Part shown: positions 13,501 through 25,318 of the stretch, piece by piece | Layout of the letters: every line of letters starts with the position of its first letter | Numbering within the stretch: the first letter of the stretch is position 1 | From: Trichoplax adhaerens | Taxonomy: Eukaryota; Animalia; Placozoa | Direction: 5' to 3' | DNA: 64,000 nucleotides | Assembly: GCF_000150275.1 (NCBI RefSeq) | Contig: NW_002060960.1 | Coordinates: 944,469 to 1,008,468, forward strand | Notes under the pieces: model-generated | Database searches by the model: none | Told to the model about the DNA's origin: nothing | What the model saw: only the letters and a program-made list of their open reading frames with translations | Program-made: the position numbers and the translations under genes

Positions 13501-14148
13501 CACTTCTTATTCATATGATATCTTTTCAGGAAATGCTATATCACATCAATGATGGCTTAATCGGCTCTTTTCTTGGAACAATATTAGCACGTCAAAAATA
13601 TCTTCCACAGCAATTGATACCTACTAAAGGAAAATCTTACCGCAGTAGTTTATGGGGACCATCATGTGGAGCAATGGATTGCCTTTTAAGTGACTGTAAT
13701 CTCCCAGAGGTATGATATATATTAATTTGTGGTTATAATGATAGCCTTTAAAGTTTACGGGCATCTTACTTGAAGTCACATATTTAATCGAGCAGATGGA
13801 AGCCGGCGAATGGGTCTACTATGAAGGTACCGTATAAATAACTTTGATCTTAAAATACCATTGCGATAATAATTAAAGAGTAAGAGAATTATTTTATTAA
13901 TAGATATGGGAGCGTATACATCGTGTTTAACCACTAATTTCAATGGATTCAAGAACACAACTAGATACTATTACATAAATGAAAAATATTGGTACGACTT
14001 GCCATTTTCATCAATGTTGTAGCTTATCTTATTTACAAATTAACTTATCAGTTTATGATTAATGAATATCTAACAGATATTTTTTTATTCCAATTGCGAT
14101 AGGAATCAATACAGGAAAGAATTATCTCCGTATTTTAGTATTGAATAA
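10597..14148 (+). CDS. ODC1: ODC-like decarboxylase, copy 3 (17 coding exons, ~423 aa)
   Basis: Exons 10597-10689, 10873-10932, 11464-11500, 11600-11676, 11746-11831, 12038-12124, 12214-12259, 12344-12432, 12686-12767, 12847-12924, 12992-13067, 13194-13283, 13425-13450, 13530-13709, 13796-13826, 13904-13991, 14103-14148. Motifs: PYFALKCH, SFHIGSGC, DIGGGFPG, AEPGRFF, WGPSCGAMD, GAY, FNGF. Family-level symbol. Confidence 0.93.
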
Positions 14149-17100
14149 TGAGATAAATAATCAACTGCTGGTTTGTTGTAGTGTGGGGTTCGATGTTTAA
14201 AATAACGATACTTCTTTTATATGATGTTAGTTTATATGGCAGGATAATAATAATTCAGATTTGCTTTTCCATTCTATAAAATGTTCTTTCAAAATTCGGT
14301 CATAGGATCTTAAACTTATTATTTAATCATATCAAAATAAAAAATTCTACTGTTGGTCATAAGATCATGATGTGAGCAAGTATGATTGCTGCACTTTGCT
14401 TCACTCTATCTGCAAATTAGCTTTACGGCTACGGTGCTCTGACAGATTATGTTCAAATACGACTTCAGATTACCGTGAAACAAGACAATATTAATCCTAA
14501 TTAAAGTCGCTCACAACTGCTATTCTGATTCAAGTGCCAACTAACTTGCTTACTTACCAATTAACTCCTTAATAACTAGGTGAAAATTTTCTGATAATAC
14601 CAATTTAAGCATTGATCAATATGGCGTTGAGCTACATAATTTTACGGCTGCATGATTCGTTCGTAGACTGGGTGATATGTAACAAGAACTGATGCATCCA
14701 ATTATAATTATTTTACTTTGTTGACTAATATGAAACTGTTACAACGACTATTATATATACGTATTAACCATGCCGCAATTTTACACACTAATTGTTATAC
14801 TTTACGGAGTAGAAAGGTTACAATGATTGCAAATTTCAGGAAAAAAGTTCGAAATTAGTATTATTGAATATCGTACTAAATGTAGCTTATTCAATAAGCA
14901 ACGCTATGCAGACACAGATCCTTTAAGAATTTCTCTACCTCTTTCAGGCACAGCTTTGCAAGTTGCAATGGTGCTCTTACAGTTTTATGTGACAACTTTA
15001 TTGCCATTCGTCACGGACTACTTCCTGACAAGTACAATTCTAACGTAAAGCATTTACATTAAGTTGCTTCTACAGATTCTACCCTAACCTGTCGAAAGAT
15101 CTAGTAAGAATAAAGTGCTGATACTATAACGCCTAAGAACTACACTTCTAAAAGGCTCGCAACCAATAGACACACTGTACTATAATCTACAAAATAGCTT
15201 TATACTATAATACTGAAATACTCTCTGCAACAATACCATCTAAACTCTATAATTTAGGCAACGTAGTGCCGCAATACCGTTTTAAAGTGACTTTCTAAAG
15301 TCTAGACACATTTAATAAGACACCAGGAATTAAGATTAAGACATTACTAGCAAAGGCTAGCTCAGATTACTCGGTGAGCATTTTAATAAATTTTCATGCC
15401 TTTGCAAGGAAAATGCGGCCAAGGTTCTGACTATAATGAGTGCACTCGAAAAACTTGCATTATGCAAATGTTAAATGAAGAAAAATCTCCTACTTATATA
15501 TTTTTATTGAACATAATTGTTTTACGTGCGAAAGATGCACGTAAGAACTGAACCAATTTAATTAGATGGCAGTGTGAGATTCTTACTGCCAGAGCAAACT
15601 AAACTATTAATCTCGATAAATCTACCGTCATGACGTACAATGGAATAGAAATAACGCAAACATACGAGTATATTAATTAAAAATGCGTTTTGCTACATAT
15701 TTAGAATATAGCTCCTACGTATTAGGGCAATGGTTTTACAAATTGCAGGTTACTTTATCTCTGTCTTAAATGAACTAGCTTTCAATGCTTGTAGCAAATC
15801 TTTGTCGAAACCTTGATAAATTTCAGGTACGTTGCTTTGAATTCAGGTTTAACCAAAAGTACAGCTAGTGAATAATATCAGTAAAATTGATATATGATAT
15901 GATACACGAAACAGTATATGGCATTTTAATTTCACCATTAATCTATCAATTTGCTAATTTCTGGTATTATACTGTAAGATCAGTGAAAGTGATCACGGTT
16001 TTATATACATGATAATTAATTCTATTGCAAAAGGATGCTTAAAAGTTCAATCGTACTTGAAATTAATCTATTGAATCTAATTTATTGCAGTAGAAGTTAG
16101 TATAAAGTAAATCTAGTTAACGTTCGTAAAAATTTTAATTCATTTCAACTGGTGGTCATGCAATAAAATAAAGTGTTAAAAAAATTCATTCATTCTTTTT
16201 AAAGATAGTAATGTGTGATGATGGTATATTTAAGCCAGAGAGATTAAACTTAAAATATTTTCATTTAAATCCAATTAGATTTATTTTAAATTAAATTTAT
16301 GCACCATATGGCACAATATAGTGCTTTTTAATACTGTCTGCTTCAATCAGTTACAACTAGTCTGCTACCAGCTAATTCTCCTTTATTACCTAATTGATTC
16401 AATAAAATTTCAATAACGTCAACATTTAGAGGATATATGTCCTGTAAGGACTAAAAATTGCGGCTTAAAGTCTACGATAGCCTGTATGTTAATTTAGTTA
16501 GCTGTTGTAGTGCAGCCCCTAATAAGTTTAAGAATAAGATGATTGCAATTAGATAGTCTAGAGATAGTCCTTATTAGTAGTTAGATGAACCTAACTTATG
16601 CATCAAAGGGAAGTTTATAAGGAACTGTAGTTCTTGCTTCAATTTTAAGAAGACACTTTATCACAGCAGTTTATCATATATTATCCCTATAGTTCTTAAT
16701 GCTATTTCTAGACCGATTTGACCTTGTTATCGTTGCCTTCTTGTGACAGATTTTGTTCATTAGAGATTACTGTAGGCACTATAACTGTTGTCGTCGCAAA
16801 TAAATAAGAAGGTAAATAAGCATCAATTATCTTCGAATCGAGGTAGTTATCTTTACTGTACAGTAGGTATCTGTACTTCTCTCGAATTAAAACAACTTTG
16901 TACTTTTACAGATTCAGGCGCCTAACGAGATTAACCGAAAACCTCTTTATACTTCTGAATGATCTTCTCGTTATATGATGTTGTAGCCCTGAATTATTAC
17001 TGAATCTACTCACTGTAAATACTTGTATGCTAGGTAACAGAAAGACAAATTTAACTATGGGCTGCTATTATGCAGGACCATGGTACTACTCAACGAAAAT

Positions 17101-17763
17101 TTTATCATGATCTAAATACCTTGATTGGCCTCCTTTCACCTATTATTTTTGATTGTGCTATCCAAACTATTGCTCATAATTAATAAATGTTCATACAGGA
17201 ACATAATACTGCTCGAAGCATATGTTGGCTTTGATCTAAAAGCCTTGATTAGATTCTTTTCACTTACTGTCATTGATCATGCAATCTAAACATTCTGGTA
17301 ATAATTGGTATTCATATATCATACATTGACAGAAATACAAATGGAAATGTAAGCTTTATGTTTTCTATAACCGGCTAAAATGTATACATTTTGTTCCCTA
17401 TGATTACATAAACACAGAAAAATGTAATCATATTAACTTGTTTTCTTAATTTTAAGCTAAATTAATTGGTAATAGAAATGTTAGCTCTTAGCGAGCAGTT
17501 CTTTGCTTCCACGACTGGATTATTTTAATTACATTAACGGAGGTATGTTCAATTTAAGTGTGGTAAAGATTTTGCTCTCGAATTTTTCAGTCTATAGACT
17601 TGTTTTAAAATCTCAGTTGGTGGTAAGATTGAAAGTAATTTGCTGTAATTCACGATAGGTATACAATTTTTACTAAATTCTATACCTAAAAATAGGCTTA
17701 CTAACGCAACAGTTCTTGACAAGAATATTCAGATGGTTTGTTAAATTAAGTCTATATCCAAGA

Positions 17764-20700
17764 ATGGCTTCCCATCATGTTGTACCATTAGAAGTCACCG
17801 AGTCGCAGTCTTTACAAGAAATCATTACTCAAAAAGCGAATGCAGTAAACTTAAATGTAAGTTTGATTTTTTATTGGATATTATTGGCCAAATGTCCGAA
17901 TCTATCATTACTTCCTTGATTGCTGCATTATTTTACTTTGCTCGCTGATTCAAGCCATAAGCTACTATTGCTTAAATATGGAAATTTATATATAATTTTT
18001 TTTGTTTTACCGAATGTCAAAGAATGAAGATGAAGCATTTTATTTGGTGAATATTGGTGATATTATATACAAGTTTAACACTGTAAGCAAGCTGTAGCTA
18101 ATATAAAAGACTTAATAAATAATATCGTTACCTAGAAAATATCAGACCTATATCAAATTTACCACTTTCTCGATTTATAGATGCAATGAATAGGTTTTAT
18201 AACTCCTTAGGCTCGCTATCCATTAACTTGAAATTTGAGATTAAAATTGAGCAAACCTCTAGTCTCACACAACTTGTGTTACTGTTATTACTAAAATTAA
18301 CTAAAATTACTACTGTAGATTACCATGCAATCAATCATCGTTGAATTAACGATAGAATATGTAGCAATGAAAATAAACCAACGTAAATTGACGAAGAAGT
18401 GTTCTCGTTTAATCGTAAAACTATCTTAAAATTATCGACAGTAGTAAGTTTGATAAGTTTACCTAACTTTCCTATGTAAAAGAAATATTTACTATCTCTA
18501 TCTCCTTAAGACACCAGTCTTATAACCCCTTATTTCTAGTCTCTGTTAATCTGCCTAAATGCTATTTGAATATCATTTTGGTAGCGATAGAATTTTAAAA
18601 TAATATGATATTCTGATATTTCTTTTTGCTTATAATAAAATTAGTGGTTGTCCGCACTACCTCGTGTAAAGCCCTTTTACGGTAATTTCATGCTAGCGTT
18701 TGTTACAGTAGATGTAGAGTCGAGTTTAAATAAAAAGAAGCTTTCTAATATTTTATGTAATTTCGTCCTTAAGCTATACAATGCAATCCAGACTTTCATC
18801 TAGTAGCAGCTTTATGTAGTCTAGGTGCCAGTTTCAGCGTCACAAGTGCTGTAAGTGATAGAAGTCTAAGAGAAGTGTTTAAATCCTTTAGCGGCATTAA
18901 ATCAAATTTAATGTTATTGAGATAGGCTGATATACGGTTAACGACTGCGTTGGATGTCAAAAATGACAATATCATCTATTCAAATCCGTGCAAAGGATTG
19001 TCTCATTTAAAGTAAGTGGGACAGAGTATTCTCGATCATTTTAATGATGAAATACCAAGCTAATTCCTTCATAAACTGTTAAGATTGTAACGATGTTTTA
19101 TCTAATATTTAGTTCAAACTATAGAGTTCAGGTATTAAAAGTTAAAGATTTTTCTATGCAAAATCTGATGACGAATATTCACCATGACTTATTGAGAAGC
19201 CAGTTTTGTTGCAGCGTTTTTGATTTTGGATACTTCATATTTAGGGTGGCTCTGAAAAAAGGAATAACTCTGATGACTTTCGATAGCGAAGGAGAACTAC
19301 AGCGAATAAAGCGTATGGTTCCACATGCAAAGTAAATAGTAGGGTTTAATTTTGAAATGATACTCATATTGGATAGATCGACAATTTTTTGAAATTATTG
19401 ACTGGAATAGATTGCTGTTACGACTGAAAGTTGATGATTCTAAAGCGGCTTTTCCGGTATGTACGGTCAAAAAAATTTGAAATAAACTTTCATTTTTCTC
19501 TGCTTAGATTTCATGATACAAACTAATCTACGTCCACTTTAGTTAGGGGCGAAGTATGGAGTACCATTCTCTAGAGTGTTGCACTTATTTAAAGTTGCTA
19601 GAAAATTAAGTTTAAATGTAATAGGAATAAGGTAAGAAAACTAGTAATTAACCATAATTTATTACTTGAAGTTGGACCGACGATGATTAGTTTGTTCTTA
19701 TTTAAAATAATAAAAAAATATACTTGACAAATATGGTAAATAAATTTAAAATACAGGAATAAGTCCTTGTGTTAAAAGATAATTATGCTGATTTAGTTTC
19801 CATGTTGGTTCTGGCTGTGATGACCCCGATTCTTTTACTAAAGCTATTGAAAAGTCCAAAAAAGCGTTCAATCTAGCAGTTAGCTTCCGAGTTGCTTTTT
19901 AAGATTATATATAGTAAGACTGAATTAAAATAACGACTTTTTAATGCGAGTCGCAATATTTAATTACTTTAACAGAAAGAGATTGGCTTGGATCTCACAT
20001 TACTAGATATCGGTGGCGGATATCCGGGGATTGAAGATACGTTATTTGAAAATGTAAAAAGAGATTTACTTATTCCACGATTAATTATACTTATTTGTAT
20101 GTCGGATTTGATGGCCAAAGCACTTTATTTTCAGGTTTGTGGAGCCATTACTGAAGCACTTGACAAATATTTTCCTACAGAATGTGGAGTTGAGATAATA
20201 GCAGAGCCAGGTAGAACCTTTTTGACTAAGGATAAATGTTACATAAAATTTGGCCGTCCTTATCACGGCAATGGATTAAAAGTCTAGATGAATCTTAGTC
20301 TATGATCGATGCTAAAGGTTTAACGTTATTACTTGTATTTTGGTGGCTAGGAAAATATTTTACTACCTCTTCAATGATTTTAGTCACGAATGTCATTGGT
20401 AAACGTCTGAGATACGATGATAATGTGAAAACTGAACGTATGTAATCTATTAATAGAAAGACCATTTTTTCTGATACTATGCTTTCGATAGAGTCATTAT
20501 GATCATTTAATATTGATGTAAAACTTGAACTCTAATAATACCAGAAAAAATTAAAAAATTGCTTTTCATCGTAATTGATAATTTCAGAGAATCAATCCCA
20601 TAAGGAAAGCATGGTTAGGGCATATTATTTGCATTACATTTTCGAAAATACTGGTTTCATTCTTTTTGTTTGCATGATTACTTTTATAGGAATGCATGTA

Positions 20701-21333
20701 TCATATTAATGATGGCTTGCATGGATCTTTCCTTCGAAGATTATTCACAAAAGAGCCATTCATACCTAATGTACTGAAATCGAAAAGTGGTCAATTCCAT
20801 CGTAGCAGCATATGGGGGCCTACATGTAATGGACTGGATTGTATTGCAAGTGGCCAAACTATTCCAGAGGTATACCATAGTATAGATTTTACATTTTAAT
20901 GCAGAATGCTAAGGTTTACTTACAATAAATATGAATGAACGCGGTAATACTTTATTTGATTAGATGGAAGCTGGTGATTGGACTTACTTTGAAAGTGAGT
21001 ATATAGGTGATCTCGAAAGTACTTGAATTTATACATTTGATGAAACTGTTCTTGTTTATAAGATCTAGGAGCATATGCATCAGCTGCGTCCTCCAATTTT
21101 AACGGATTTGCAAGTAAAGAAAGGCATTATTACATAAGCAAAGAACATTGGTGAGCCAAATTTGTTCTTGGACTATTTGCGCTAGTAACTGTATGATTCA
21201 ATTCGCTCCTACTTTTAAAGCTAGATTAATTTTACCAATCAATAATTTATTCCAATTTAATAGGAGTATGACTAATAAAGAAGTCAAGCAAGAGTTATCT
21301 CGATATTTTGATATTCATTTTAATACACAATAG
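17764..21333 (+). CDS. ODC-like pseudoenzyme / antizyme-inhibitor-like protein, copy 4 (17 coding exons, ~430 aa)
   Basis: Exons 17764-17856, 18023-18082, 18645-18681, 18774-18850, 18926-19011, 19245-19331, 19411-19456, 19543-19631, 19797-19878, 19976-20053, 20135-20210, 20351-20437, 20588-20613, 20690-20869, 20964-20994, 21063-21150, 21264-21333 form an intact frame. Motifs: PFYAIQCN (PLP Lys->Gln), FSVTS (for FDCAS), SFHVGSGC, DIGGGYPG, AEPGKYF, WGPTCNGLD. Confidence 0.92.
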
Positions 21334-23869
21334 CTAAGAAGATAATCGTACTTGATAAGAATTGACACCATTACGTAAAATACTGATTGTTGAGTGAATA
21401 AGTTAGTCTGCGTATTTTTGCTAAAGAGACGTTCAAGTATTCATAGTTAGTTTATGTTTTACCGAACGTTAATTAAAATATTTAGGATGATTATCGCAAA
21501 TACTTTAGCCGATATTTTTAACTAAAATATTCTGTTATCATATACAAGATTGCTATAATATGATACTGCTCGTTGCACAATGCTGCTGAACTCTAAATTA
21601 TAACTGTTAAGACTTATAATCACTAGAGGTAAAAATATTATTATTGAAAAAGTTAAATTTCTTCAGTTAACGCCTAAAGCAGAAATTATCAAGAAATACA
21701 CTTTTAGCTTGATAAAAAATCTTACGTATGGTGGCCACAATCATTTTACATGTTAGCAACAAAATCAATAACCATCTTTGGATATTGATGTTTGGAATAA
21801 GATTATGATCTTTTACTGTTGTTGTTTACAAATTAGACGGTTCCTGTAGAAACGGGAACATTTGAGTTGAGTGGTGTGGTAAAAAGTTGTAGATGTATCT
21901 TTGCTAATAAAAGTTTATCTTTACAGTATTTTGCTGTGTGTGTTTAACGTTAAGTAAAAGGGCTTTTAAGTCAGTAGCTAATTATAGACCTTTACTGTAC
22001 GTCACCTTGTCGCAGAAGTGAAATTGTGACACAAAATTACTGACAATAGCAATGCAAAAGAGTATAGAACTTATCTATTTGTGATGCCAGGATGTTATGA
22101 AATGGAGGATTAGTTTCGGAAATATTTCAAATCCATGTCCCACCTTGAAAAAGATTTATACGGTAAGGAGATAATGATATAGTTCAAATTTTCTTAACCG
22201 AGTTGAAATCGTGAAGACAGCGTTCATGCATCCATAAATGTTGAATTTTAGCTACTATTATACTGTGTTTTATTTCTAATCGAATTTATCACGAAAATAC
22301 TATATTTAATATGCAATTGCGATAGGAAAGTAGAAAATTCGAAAAGCTTTTTATAGTTCACACGTATTTGGATTTACTACAGAAGCTAATATAAAATATA
22401 AAATAAAAGCACAGCACGCGAAGTATAACGAACGGGGATCGTCGAGTTCTTTACAATAGTACATATTCCAAAAATATGTAGTACAATATGTCAGTTACGA
22501 GTTAAAATTTGTAGCGAGAAAACTTGAACCAGATGAAAACCCAGAGTCTTCTGTTAGGTCTGTCTGCCCAACTTAGTCTACAAGACAACTCTAAATACTA
22601 ACAATATCATCATCGACAGAAAGTTACGATAAACTACACGACTAAATGAGAAAAAAGAGCAAAATAATCTATATTCCGAAAAGAGAGAAATTTTTGATGA
22701 GGTACTACACTTTTTTAGTATTACCATTATAGTGTTACCATCATAGTGTTGTATATATACAAATGATAAAGAATTATTTCGTTCTAAATTGCTAATTACC
22801 GCTAAATCTAAAAATGCACATGGCGAAATGAAATAAATGCGCATCTCATCTTCAAATTTTCAAGAAAATACCTAACTTGTATCTAAAAGAAACTAGTCTA
22901 CTATTTTTATTTATGTAGTGAATTAATTAATTTGCCTCAGCTAAAAAGATGATTAAATTACAAAGATGACTAAGGCCCTAGCGAGCTTAAAGTGGTAGAT
23001 AAATGGCTTCGAAAGAAGCCAGAATGCTATGAAAGAAGAGGCGAGATATATAGAATCCTTATCAATTACATATCTTTAGAGATGAAAGTGGTTTCTTGAG
23101 GATAGGAAAAACTATCTGAAAATAGGGATATAAAGTCCGATGAATAATCATTAAAGCTAGAATCAAAAAGTTAAACAGAAAACAAAAGATAATAATGTAG
23201 TCTACTTAGTGTACACATGTTTTGTAAGATATGACAATAATCTGCGTTATAAAGTTAGATCCATGGTGCAATAGAAATATACAAGACGATTTCTAGCCCA
23301 GACACCAGGTAGTAAGAGTATTTTGTGTAGCAAATTTAATATTTTTTTCAAGCAGTGACACATCGTAAGGTTAACCGTCTGCATCAACTAGATTTCGGGT
23401 ATATCTCCCAGCCTAAAGTGTAGATCAATTACAATATAGTAGTAATTAGGTCGCAAAACACCTTTGTTCCATGTCAGTAATGGAGATTGTGATAACAGCA
23501 GTCTCGATATGCTATTTTTTATCGCCTTTACAGCGTCGTACAGGAATTGAATTATTAAGTCTTTAAACTGCATTCGTTTTTACTATTAAGTTTCAAAATT
23601 GTTCGATATGACTTCGTACCGGGTCTGCTTGCTCATGAAAATTGAGTAGATGGTCAGCAAAGCAGTAAGTAGTTGATTGACGTACCATATTACCGTCTAA
23701 TTTTTCATAAATTACTCTACATCTGCATTTCGGGCAATTATTCATTTCACGCTAATTTAGCATGCAAGTTACGAATTAGAAAAATATCAGTAAAGCAAGA
23801 ATACAAGTACAATTTCTTACTCTTTCATTCAAAGTGCCGCATCAATCCTAAACTTCGCGTTATATACGG

Positions 23870-24060
23870 TTTGATGCTCTCACAGATTGCAATCCTAATA
23901 CGCAGCAGGATCACGCAAGAGCATTACTGTCAGGTCTAAGATCTCGTTTCTAAAAGACTTCTAATTAGAATTTATTTTGTGCAGTTGTCTTTAAAGGACT
24001 TCATTCAGTGATTTTTCTATTCGATATTCTTCTCAAAAATCAGCTGAATTATGATAATGA
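23870..24060. repeat. Dispersed duplicated non-coding segment (homologous to 30903-31092)
   Basis: Shared blocks tgctctcacagatt...gtcttt[a/g]aa[g]gacttcattc[a/t]gtgat...ctat[t/c][c/g]gatattcttc, located upstream of each receptor paralog. Confidence 0.75.
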
Positions 24061-25318
24061 ATCTAATCTTAAATCAGATATAATTAACAATGGCCCAAAA
24101 TGTATCTAGTGTAAAACACTATATCGTATTCTTACTCGACATTTGTAGATATTTTCAATGCTTCTATTTATATGAACCTTTGGTAAGTTGGTTTTACGAT
24201 ACCGATAGTTACTTAGTTATCTGCAAGCCTTATATAACTAACTCAAAGACGTCTAGAAGACTTATATCAGATGTTAATTTATATTTTTGTAATTGCTATT
24301 TCATCCCTGTTCTAACACAGTCTCTCCAGGAATTATTTCCGTACTTAACTATACTAAAGAAACTTTTGTAATATTTTATGTCGAAAAGCTTTACTACAGG
24401 TAAAAATTTTCTGTTGTTATAATCCTATGTACGTGTATATGAAAATAGTTATGTCCATACGTTCGAGCAGACGTATAATTTTCGGTAAATATGGGAGCGA
24501 TATACTAGATTATATAAATGAAATTTTTTATCTCAGTCTATATACTGTAAATAGCTTTTCTATAATAATCTATATCAGGGACGCCTATAGTTAAAGTTTT
24601 ACCGCAAGAAGCCAAAAAGTTATCACAGTGTCAAAATTAGCATGAAGTCGTATGCGCGTGCAGATATATATATATACATTTTAGTATATCCGGAGCGATA
24701 TACTGGTTTATTTAAAGAAAACTTTAATATAGTAATCTACGTAAACCCAGCGATCAAAACGAAGATAAGATGGCAAAGTATCATCATCACGACAGGCTAA
24801 GATAACGATTGCGATTATTTTCTATGCTTTTGTATCTTAAAGTAACCTTGTTTTCACACAAAATGACCATATAGGACTTTATCTTTAGTCCTTCATAATA
24901 TATGTATTTGGAAGCGATCGTTTCAAGAGAAAATTAATTTGGAGTTTTCTTCATGGACGAGTATAATTAATTCTACCACAAGCAATTGTTTATCAATTCA
25001 TTAAAAATACAAACACAAAAATTTATGCTTTAACTTGCTGTTAACATTCATAGCTTATAATACGTAAGAGTACGCCCTAAAGTCGATAATAAACAATAAC
25101 AGCTTGAATATACCGTTATTCCGGTTGATTATCGTTATTTAGGTTTTTTTTGTGTAATCATATCGCTATTGAAATCTATATTATTTAGGCTTAAATATGC
25201 GCATGGTCATCGAATGATTAACGTAATTTTTGCAGTTGTAATTGTTCTTATTTAGACAATTGCACTACAAGAGGCTTATTTCATAAATCAGAAGTAGTTT
25301 ACGTCTATACTAAACAAA

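Noticed and set aside
17580-17763. Polyamine-sensing uORF (AZIN1-type uCC ending PPW) upstream of the dead ODC copy
   Set aside because: No PPW-ending frame is seen. Three-codon uORFs (17733-17744 MVC*, and 3679-3690 MFA* before copy 2) are not conserved in copy 3 and may be intronic or chance.
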